Origin: Macrostomum lignano
Taxonomy: Eukaryota
Direction: 5' to 3'
DNA length: 64,000 nucleotides
NCBI GenBank assembly: GCA_002269645.1
Contig: NIVC01001661.1
Coordinates: forward strand, 1 to 64,000
The notes under the pieces are model-generated. The model searched no databases and was not told the DNA's origin. It was given only the letters and a program-made list of their open reading frames with translations. The position numbers and the translations under genes are program-made. Position 1 is the stretch's first letter. Every line of letters starts with the position of its first letter. This document shows, piece after piece, positions 1-8,229 of this stretch.

Positions 1-1049
1 CCAATTTCTGCATTGTAGAGAAGTGAGAAGTCGGTGCTCTGGAAGCAGATTGAAGCTTGTCGTTGAGATTGAAAGTTTACTGAGAAACTTTTTATTGAAT
101 GAGTCCTCATTAACTGACTAAACAGAATTTTTGGTGTTAGGAGCAAATGAATTCTACTCGTTCAATGACCTAAAATATTTACGAATTTACTTCAGCATCC
201 AAACTCGCTTCATCTCCGACCACGATGGACTCACGCGCGGTTACGCCTCCAAACGCTCTTTTAAATGAGAATAAGTTTTTGCTCACAGAACTCGTGCACC
301 AATATTCATGGCCTCTGTACATCAGTGATGTCTCATCTGACGGCGGCGTGACCGGGCCTCAAAGCAAAGACGGAGGCCTCAATGACTCTTTAATCAACTG
401 CATCTGTACAGCAACACCGGAGTTCACCTGGATTCCAGGCTTCATGGACAACGAGCTGGCGGCAGCTTCCGCTCCCGAGACCCACTGATGGCCTCATCCC
501 CAACACGGGTTGGTGACTACCACGAGAACCAGGTGGAAAAGTGCACCCCTAACTGCCGCCAACTCCGAACGGCAGTGCCGTGAATGTCTGGGCCCGCCAT
601 GACCAGTGACGTCTGCAAATAGAATAGTATAAACTAGAAGTCCCTGACCCTGATTTGACAGACGGTGCCCAGAGTCGCAACTTCTATAGGTGGTCATGGA
701 GTCCGCCTTGTTGTACAAAAGCTGAGACCTTGATGCCTGCGTTCGGCGCCCGCCGCGGCCCTGGCTGTGTGCGAGCGACCGACGCCCTGTCTGTCTATAA
801 AAATGGGCGCGACTGACTTGACCTTTTGTTCTATCGAGTCTTTTACTCTTTTTCTGCTACGGCTGTACACCTGAAGCCGCTGTAGGGTAGGGCACTTCGG
901 CTGCCGCGGTCCGGCCTTCTCTGGGATCGCCGTGCGGCTGAGAAAAATTAGCAATTGAATCATAAAAAGCTGTTTAATAACTGGTCTGATTGTGGGATCA
1001 CCCGTAACAACCTGCCTTCGCTGTGCTTGGACTCTAAATAATGTATTGA

Positions 1050-1277
1050 AGGTTTAGGTTAGGTTTAGGTTTTTGTTTAGATTAGGTTTATTTAGGTTAG
1101 GTTAAGTAAGGTTTAGGTAAGTTTTAGGTTAGGTTTAGGTTTGGTTTGGCAGTGAATTTTCGTGGACCTAACCTAAACCAAGCCTAAACCAAACCTAAAC
1201 CTAACCTTAACCTAACCTAAACCAAGCCTGAACCAAGCCTAAAGCAAACCTAAAACAAACCTAAACCTAACCTAAAT
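1050..1277. repeat. Foldback element with degenerate (AGGTT/AGGTTT)n left arm and (AACCT/AAACCT)n right arm
   Basis: About 1050-1148 is AGGTT-rich and about 1167-1276 is rich in the complementary AACCT. GGCAGTGAATTT occurs after each arm. Confidence 0.75.
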
Positions 1278-1604
1278 CGCCGGCAGTGAATTTGTGGCAG
1301 TCAAGAGTCGCACTGACGGTTTTCTGTGTCAGGTGTATGATGGGTAAACAAAACAACAAGTGGAGTGAAGCTCCGTTTGCTAATGAAATCTGACGCTAAA
1401 ATGACAGTCGCCAATAAATTTGCACCCGAGACGAACCTAGTTTGACGACGCAAAAAAGTAGGGCTTCGAATGGCGGCAAAAATCAGGATAAAATTTTGCA
1501 TGCGACCCCTGTTTGCCGAAGTCAAATAACTCTGCTCAGCAGACATTGATGCCTCCAGAAAGCAGCAGAGCAAGCATAATGCCAATTCAGTGGGTTGATA
1601 GCGC

Positions 1605-1878
1605 TGAGCCAGTTGCCAATATAACACTGATAAGAGAATAACACAGGCACTGCCAGTTGTCAGTATAACATTGATAAGAGAATAACACAGGCACTGCCAG
1701 TTGTCAGTATAACATTGATAAGAGAATAACACAGGCACTGCCAGTTGTCAGTATAACATTGATAAGAGAATAACACAGGCACTGCCAGTTGTCAGTATAA
1801 CATTGATAAGAGAATAACACAGGCACTGCCAGTTGTCAGTATAACACTGATAAGAGAATAACACAGGCATGCCAGTTG
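1605..1878. repeat. 44-bp minisatellite, about 6 copies
   Basis: Unit GATAAGAGAATAACACAGGCACTGCCAGTTGTCAGTATAACATT; period 44 (1629 to 1673). Confidence 0.95.
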
Positions 1879-1999
1879 GCACTGAATCAGCTGGGTGTTG
1901 CAAGTTTGCATCAGACGGGAATCAAAAGTCAATATTGAATCTCAATAACGAGCAGCTCTTCAGAGTCTGCCTGATTTTTGCTGTTGCTGAAGCAGCTCG

Positions 2000-3080
2000 T
2001 CACTCACAGGCGGCTCCCAGACGGCTCAGCCGCACCCGGCCCTGCCGCTCCGCGTTGCCGCCAGAGGAGGTGGCGCAGCCGACGCCGCCGCAGAAGGAGC
2101 CGCCGCCGCCGCCTCCTCCGCTGCGTGGAAATGTGCTAGCTCCGCCTCCACTGAAGCCGCCTCCGCCGCCGCTGCACCGATGGGATACCTGAAGCAGCAG
2201 CCGCCTCCAGCGCCGCCTCCGCCGAAGCCGCCGTCGCCGGTCGGGCAGGAGCCGCTGCGCGCTCCGCCCAGCCAACCGTCGCCGAGGCCGAGCCCGGGAC
2301 CTCCGGGATCAACGAAGGACTCGCTGCTGGGCTGAGCCGAGCCGGTCCAGCCGGCGCCGGCACCGCCGCAAGAAAAATTCGGCCGTGCAGTGTACCGGAT
2401 GGGCGACACCCGGCCCGGCTGTCCCCAGCGCCACCGGGGCCGGAGTACTTGAAGCCTCCAGGATTGCTGCTCGTGCCGCTTGTAGAGCCGCTGCCATTCA
2501 TGCCTGTAAAATGTCAGAGGAAATTGCGCTCAAATCTGCGATGCAACAAGCTGTGATGAAGTTAATTATTCTCAACTCTCATCCCCTGTGCTCAGCCTGC
2601 ATGCTCGAAGCTGATTGGCTCAAATGACTCAAACTTCTACGCATTTCTGGACTCGCATCAGCTCACCAGCATATTTCCTTGAGGCTCCACCGCCACCTCC
2701 CGCGGCCACGAGCAGCTGCTGGCTGTCCGAGCCGTTGCTGACGTACACGAAGCTGCCGCCTCCGCCGCCAGCGCCGACTCCGCAGGCCGAGTCGCCGCCC
2801 GCCTGGCCGACCAAAATTTGCAGTCGGACGCCGGCGAACAGGCTGAAGCAGCCGGCGGCAGAGGCGCCTCTGGAGGAATTAATTCTGGTTGAGCTGCCCC
2901 CAGCGGCTCCGAACGCCTCAATGCGGTAGCAGCCGGCGAGCTTCACGACGACGCTCTGGACGGAGCCGCTGCGACCCGCGCTGCTGTCTGGAGTGAAGGC
3001 GTCAAAGGCGAGAGCCGAAGCTTCGGGTGCTGCGAACTGAGCCAGCCTCTGCTGGGGCTGTTGCCCCAGGACCCCGGGTC
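2000..3080 (-). CDS. ALK/LTK-like glycine-rich domain protein, last two exons (3080-2667 and 2503-2000); 5' exons not found; two apparent single-base frameshifts
   Basis: Motifs GCYRIEAFGAAGG, LQILVGQAGG, GAGGGGGSFVY, LLVAAGGGGGAS, GGFGGGGAGG and GGGGGFSGG match the ALK/LTK Gly-rich domain. The intron 2666-2504 runs GTGAG...TTTTACAG and preserves the frame (phase 1). Stop at 2000-2002. Confidence 0.72.
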
Positions 3081-3526
3081 CTGCACGCAATGGCGTGGTG
3101 AACTATCTGTGCAGTATGAGACTGGTATGGCCCTTATCCCAGCCAGCGATGCTCACACCTGCCTCCCCTGGCGGGCTGATAGCTCTAGAGACTCTGTCTC
3201 CTGATTTTCACCTTGCAAGGCGCACTTCGAAGGGTACTCGTCCCGTGGGTGTTAAGGCAGGCTCTTGGGCCTTGCCGAGCTGATTCGTTGGCGCCGGGTC
3301 CTGGTGTGACCATATAAACGCACCCTCTAATGTCCCAGTGTAACTAAGTGCTGATGGACGCTTGGCCAGGGAGTAGTCTGGTCGCTAACGGTTCCCCTTG
3401 CGCTTTTGGGTCCCCCCCGCAGGGTGGTATTTTGCTTTTTGGGGCCTGCCGCTTGGTTTGGGGTTGCGGCCTTGCGGCTCTTTGCCTGTGTTCTGCAGGA
3501 AGTCCCACCTTTTTTACTTCCAGCCA

Positions 3527-5043
3527 ATGGCTTCTAACCGAAGTACCCAACCCGCTGTGGATGACACAGTGCCTCCGGCCTCGGCTGGGGCCGTGGGCTT
3601 CCGCGGCCATACCACCTGCTACCATCGGGGACGCCTCGGCGAGACCCGTGGAGCCAACTCTGAGCGGTGCCTCCGAGAAGACACCTGCTACTCCAGCTGC
3701 CAAGCAGCTGAACACCACCTCTGGAGCTGCCCGCCGTCGACTTAACAAGGCGAGGCGGGCCAAGGAGGGCGGAAGCCTAACCGGTGCCAGGGGCCAACGG
3801 CCCGGCAGCGGAAGCTTCCCAATCTGGGGCGGTGGCGGAAGAGGGCCTCGAGCCCACTGAAGCCCCTGCCCAGGATAGGGAGGCCGATGCAGCCGAGGGT
3901 GGACAGCCCACCTGAAGAATGCTCCACCGACCCCGGGCCTCCTACGCTGATGCGGCAGAGGCAACCGGCGGTTGTCATCCTGGGGAAGGACGCGCGCCTG
4001 TCTCCCGACCAGCTGAAGCAGGTGAGAGGTGCCGTTGATGGCCTCCTGTGGAAGCAAACTCTGAAGGGCACGCCTCTGAACATTCATTCGAATGCGACGA
4101 GGGACTCGTGCCTTCTCATTTGGCCCAGTGATGCTGACTCGGGTCGGCGGCTCCTTGAGCTGCTGCCCGAGCAGAGCTGGAACCTCAATTTAGCCTTCTG
4201 CAGAGAGGAAGAGCGCCCCCGGACCAAGAGGCATCGAATCTGGGTTCCGGCCAGGAGCGTCGTTACCTCTGCTGACGAGGTCTGGAAAGGACTGCTAGCA
4301 TAGCAGTCAACCGAGAGCTTCCCGCCGCGGGCCTTGTGGTGCATGACACCCTTAAGCGCACCGACGGCACTGGCTTCACAGCCATCCTGGGGCTGTCGGA
4401 CGCCTGGATGAGGCGCTATCCGCACGGCAGCTTCATCAACGTCGGCCTCTGGAAGCTGCGCATCCGCTCTTACGAGGCCGACCCTCCCCGTGGCACTGAG
4501 CAGGGCGGGCGGAATGCCGAGGCAGCCGGGGCCGAGGCGCGAGCTTCTGCTCAGGCTGCCAAAGCAAACCGCCCCGCCCGGCAGCACGGCCCCGCGGGTA
4601 AAGCCGAACGCGCTGTTGAGGGCGGAGGAGACCGACGCCCGGCGCGCAGCACCAAGCGGCGCGGCCTGTACCAGCGCGCAGCTGAGGCAGTCCGTACCGC
4701 CAAAATCGCCCAGCTGAGGCGAGAGGTCGCCGGGACACCTAGGCGCACCAGCTCGTCCAGGGAGGGTGGGGACGTCCCAACTGGGCCCAACCCCTCGGGG
4801 CAGGACCGACTGGAGACGGACTTGCCTGCCCAGGCGGCTGGCTGCTCCAGGGCATTGGGCCAGTCTGAAGCGGAGGACCCCGTGACCGGTGGCGAAGGGC
4901 GGCGAACGCTGCCTACTGCCTTCCGACCAATCGGGGCCTTTGCTGAAGAAGAGCCCATGGACACCGGCGACCCCGACCCGAAGCTGGTGTGCGCCGAGGA
5001 GGAGGAGGAACTCCTGGCGACTGCAACGCCCGATCTGCACTGA
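3527..5043 (+). pseudogene. LINE ORF1 (LOA-like, DUF4780-like region), frameshifted
   Basis: Pieces in different frames: MASNRSTQ..., LNTTSGAARRRLNKARRAKE, RHRIWVP...DEVWKGLL / VNRELPAAGLVVHD...INVGLWKLRIR. These resemble LOA-clade ORF1; no CCHC knuckle is seen. Stop TGA at 5041-5043. Confidence 0.6.
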
Positions 5044-7214
5044 TGCCAGCGGCTACCTGGTGTCTGCAGATCAACACGCAGCACTGCGTGGCGGCGTCAG
5101 TCAACCTGATGCGCACGACAGAGCAACAGCTTCCGGGCCTGGTCTTCGTGCAGGAGCCCTGGATGACTAAAGGTAAGCCAAATAATGTGCCATCTGGCTA
5201 CCACTGTTTTTGCATGGCGAACTCTCAGCCTCGCCCAAGATCTCTGGTCTTTGCTGCAAAAGCTTTTGAAGCATGGATGAGACCTGATCTCTCGACTGGG
5301 GACATCTGTGTTGTTCAAATCAATAACCTCATTCCCAATAAACCTGTGCTGGTAGCGTCTGCCTATTTCCCAGGCGATGCCCCAGTAGTCTGCGACGCGT
5401 TAGTCAACCTCATTGACTACGCCGCGTCCCGTCGGTTCAAGCTTCTCATTGCAGGGGATGTGAACGCACACCACCTACATTGGGGCAGCAAGAACACCAA
5501 TAACAGAGGCGAGGAGCTGCTGGCCTACGTCAGCAGCACAAACCTCAATTTCTGTAACGTGGGCAATGCACCAACGTTCAATAATGGGCGGTGGGCCGAA
5601 GTCATCGACACCACCATCGTCTCACCCGGACTGCTTTCCGCAGTCACGGGCTGGCGAGTGTGGGACGAGGACTCGCTCTCGGACCACCGCTTTATCCACT
5701 TTTGCATTGGGCCGACCAAGCAAAAGCCTAAGGTCCCTTGGAGTCGGAACGTCAGGAACACCGATTGGGCCGCCTTTGGCTCGAAGCTGAACCGCGGCCT
5801 TCGGGATCTTGACCCCCCCCCCCCCAGTGACCTCTCTGACTGCCAGGTGGTGGATGATCTCGCCTCCTCCCTGGGCGGGGCGATCACCACTGCCTTTGAA
5901 GCAGCCTGCCCTCTAAAAGCCTACAAAGGCAAGAAATCTGCTCCCTGGTGGAACCCAGAGCTCGGGGCCCTTCGGCGCCGAGCCAGGACCCTCCAAAGGC
6001 GAGCGCTCAAAACCAAAGACCCCTCTGATAGAGAGGCCTATACCCGTGCGATCCACGAGTTTAAGGGCCAAGTCAGAAGGGCCAAGACGGCCAAGTGGCG
6101 CCAATATTGCGAAGGGCTTGAGGGCTCTCGCCCCGTAGCCCGCGTGGTTAAGGCACTCACTAATGACCGTTTTTCTAAACTCTCTGTTGTGAAGAGACCT
6201 GATGGCTCGGTCACAGAGAGCTCTGAAGAGACTCTGGAGCTAATGCTCAACAGTTTCTTCCCTAAATCCCCGACTCAGCAGGGCCCGCCTGACCACACAG
6301 TGGGAGGGCAAGGCCTAGCAAAGTCTATGATCACCAAAGACCGCATTATTAGAGCGGCAAGGTCCTTTAACCCGTTCAAGGCGCCTGGGCCCGACGGCAT
6401 CTACCCAGCGTTCTTGCACGAGGCGGTGAAAAACCACCGCTTCCTGGACCTGCTCTGTCGTCTCCTTCGAGCTTGTGTGGAGCTGGGCTATGTACCAGTT
6501 GCGTGGAGAGAGGCCCGGGTGGTCTTTATCCCCAAGCCTGGAAAGAGCGACTACCAATCGGCGAAGGCCTTCAGGCCTATCAGCCTCACCTCTTTCTGCC
6601 TTAAGCTCCTCGAGAGACTGGTGCTCTGGCGCCTACTTTCGGTCGAGCTGAAGCGCTTCCCACTCTCGCAGAACCAGCACGCCTTCCGCGCGGGCAGGTC
6701 TACCGAGAGTGCCCTCAATGTCATTGTTGACTTCCTGGAGAGGGCCGTTCTTGGCAGCGGCTTTGCCCTCTCGCTTTTCCTGGACATTGAGGGGGCCTTC
6801 GACAACGTCATCTTCGAGGCCTTTTGCAGAGCCCTGGAATCCAGGGCCACGCACCCTCACCTTGTCCGGTGGATCATGTTCATGATCCGGAACCGCAGTG
6901 TTGTGGCCCACCTGAACGGCAGCTCTCTTTCGGCGCCTGTCCAGAAAGGGGGCCCCAGGGCGGAGTTCTCACCCCCGTTCTCTGGAACATGGTCATGGAT
7001 GAGTTGCTTTGCAGTGATCTCCACGACCCCTATTCTCAAGGTGGGCTATGCCGATGATGTGACCGCGATATGCGCGGGCCCCTCGGTTGATACCATCAGA
7101 GACCTTCTGCAGGGCTTTCTGGGACGAGCGGAGCGTTGGGCAAACCAATGTGGCCTTAGACTCTCAGAGTCGAAAACCACAGCGGTCATGTTTGTTGGCC
7201 GTACACCCGCCTAA
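5043..7214 (+). CDS. LINE ORF2: apurinic endonuclease plus reverse transcriptase (truncated; compensating frameshifts near 6955-7035)
   Basis: APE motifs QIN, VQEPW, SAYFP, GDVNAHH..WGS, PTF and SDHRFI. RT motifs KAPGPDG, FRPISLTS, QHAFR, FLDIEGAFD, PQGGVLTP (in a shifted frame) and YADD. Confidence 0.92.
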   Translation: MPAATWCLQINTQHCVAASVNLMRTTEQQLPGLVFVQEPWMTKGKPNNVPSGYHCFCMANSQPRPRSLVFAAKAFEAWMRPDLSTGDICVVQINNLIPNKPVLVASAYFPGDAPVVCDALVNLIDYAASRRFKLLIAGDVNAHHLHWGSKNTNNRGEELLAYVSSTNLNFCNVGNAPTFNNGRWAEVIDTTIVSPGLLSAVTGWRVWDEDSLSDHRFIHFCIGPTKQKPKVPWSRNVRNTDWAAFGSKLNRGLRDLDPPPPSDLSDCQVVDDLASSLGGAITTAFEAACPLKAYKGKKSAPWWNPELGALRRRARTLQRRALKTKDPSDREAYTRAIHEFKGQVRRAKTAKWRQYCEGLEGSRPVARVVKALTNDRFSKLSVVKRPDGSVTESSEETLELMLNSFFPKSPTQQGPPDHTVGGQGLAKSMITKDRIIRAARSFNPFKAPGPDGIYPAFLHEAVKNHRFLDLLCRLLRACVELGYVPVAWREARVVFIPKPGKSDYQSAKAFRPISLTSFCLKLLERLVLWRLLSVELKRFPLSQNQHAFRAGRSTESALNVIVDFLERAVLGSGFALSLFLDIEGAFDNVIFEAFCRALESRATHPHLVRWIMFMIRNRSVVAHLNGSSLSAPVQKGGPRAEFSPPFSGTWSWMSCFAVISTTPILKVGYADDVTAICAGPSVDTIRDLLQGFLGRAERWANQCGLRLSESKTTAVMFVGRTPA

Positions 7215-7230
7215 CTCTCTGACCCTCAAG

Positions 7231-7392
7231 TGTACAATGCCTGCCCCGGTCGCTCTGCAGCCAATTAGCTTGCACGCTTCCTTTTTATCAGGCGCAACTC
7301 CACCCCACGCAAATATCGATTTCTAAATATATATATTGGCGCTCAAGGCCGCGCAGTGGCCAAGCCTTTTCTTACCCTAAAACAAATCTACA
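7231..7392 (+). repeat. Putative 5' LTR (162 bp)
   Basis: Begins TGTA and ends TACA (inverted termini), directly before the PBS and gag. There is no second copy to confirm it. Confidence 0.62.
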
Positions 7393-7393
7393 T

Positions 7394-7410
7394 TGGCATC
7401 GCTAGCAGGA
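7394..7410 (+). other. Primer-binding site, tRNA-Ser-like
   Basis: TGGCATCGCTAGCAGGA fits the TGGC-N7-RCAGGA pattern complementary to tRNA-Ser 3' ends. It lies 1 nt after the LTR end and immediately before the gag ATG. Confidence 0.65.
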
Positions 7411-8229
7411 ATGTCTGTGCCTCTACAACTGCCCCCGCCTGAGCCTTTCGATACTCAGAAAGAGCCACACAACCTCTCAGCACGGTGGGCAGAATGGGCC
7501 AACCGATTCAAGTGCTTTGTGACTGCAAGCGGCATAACAGATGCAAGTCAACAACGAGAGATTCTACTTTACGTCGGCGGCAAACGGGTGGCTGAAGCGT
7601 ACGCAGAACTCACGGGGCCAGGCAAGACCATCGAAGAGCTCCTGGACGCCCTCAGAGAGCACTTCAAGAGCAGGCACAACCCGGTATTCGTGCGATATGA
7701 ATTCCGGCACTGCACGCAGCAGCCCGGCGAAGCCATCAACGCCTGGGTGCAACGGCTGTTCAAGGCTGCAGAAGGATGTGAATTCGAGACTCAGCGGGAT
7801 CTCATCATCCGAGACCAAATTGTCGCCGGCTGCCAGTCAGACCAGCTCCGGCGCAGGTTGCTGCAGACACCCAATATCCAGCTCAAAAAAGCGCTGCAGC
7901 AAGCCAGGGCATTCGAGGCGGCCGACCTTCAATCTGCAGTCATCGAAGCGCGGAAGAGCGAGTCTGTGAACGCAATGCGGCGCATCGAGAAGCCAGACCG
8001 ACCGGAGCGAACCAGAACAAAGTGCATCCGCTGTGGAGAGTCAGGCCACCGAACGTGCGAGGCGGCCAGAGGAAAGACGTGTCGGAACTGCAACAAGGTC
8101 GGCCACCTGGCAAAAGCGTGCTTGTCCAAACCCGCGAGCTCCAGAAAGGTGCACGCCATTGCCGAGGAGCAGCCGAGTGATCAGCAGCAGCTGCAGCTGC
8201 GAGGTGTTCTGCCTGACGCCACAGCGTAA
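7411..8229 (+). CDS. gag: Gag with two zinc knuckles
   Basis: W..W..RF, LLYVGG, RYEF..CTQQPGE, IRDQIVAGC...LRRRLL; knuckles CIRCGESGHRTC and CRNCNKVGHLAKAC, typical of Mag-clade gag. Confidence 0.9.
   Translation: MSVPLQLPPPEPFDTQKEPHNLSARWAEWANRFKCFVTASGITDASQQREILLYVGGKRVAEAYAELTGPGKTIEELLDALREHFKSRHNPVFVRYEFRHCTQQPGEAINAWVQRLFKAAEGCEFETQRDLIIRDQIVAGCQSDQLRRRLLQTPNIQLKKALQQARAFEAADLQSAVIEARKSESVNAMRRIEKPDRPERTRTKCIRCGESGHRTCEAARGKTCRNCNKVGHLAKACLSKPASSRKVHAIAEEQPSDQQQLQLRGVLPDATA

Larger units (their letters stand above)
3129..7230 (+). mobile_element. Non-LTR retrotransposon (APE-type, LOA-like), 3'-truncated by a gypsy insertion
   Basis: Contains ORF1 plus ORF2 (APE endonuclease, RT). 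The sequence switches to an LTR at 7231. The 5' boundary is an estimate. Confidence 0.88.

Noticed and set aside
225-963. Short ORFs or exon-like segments at the window start
   Set aside because: No recognisable domain and no consistent splice chain.
2172-2188. 17-nt GT-AG micro-intron (GTATCCCATCGGTGCAG) that would repair the frameshift in the Gly-rich gene
   Set aside because: Far below normal animal intron size. A one-base deletion explains it equally well, and a second same-direction frameshift nearby has no GT-AG solution.
2000-3090. PE-PGRS or collagen-like annotation
   Set aside because: Interleaved beta-strand motifs (YRIEAFGA, LQILVGQ, LLVAAGGG) fit the ALK/LTK Gly-rich domain; there are no Gly-X-Y triplets and no PE domain.
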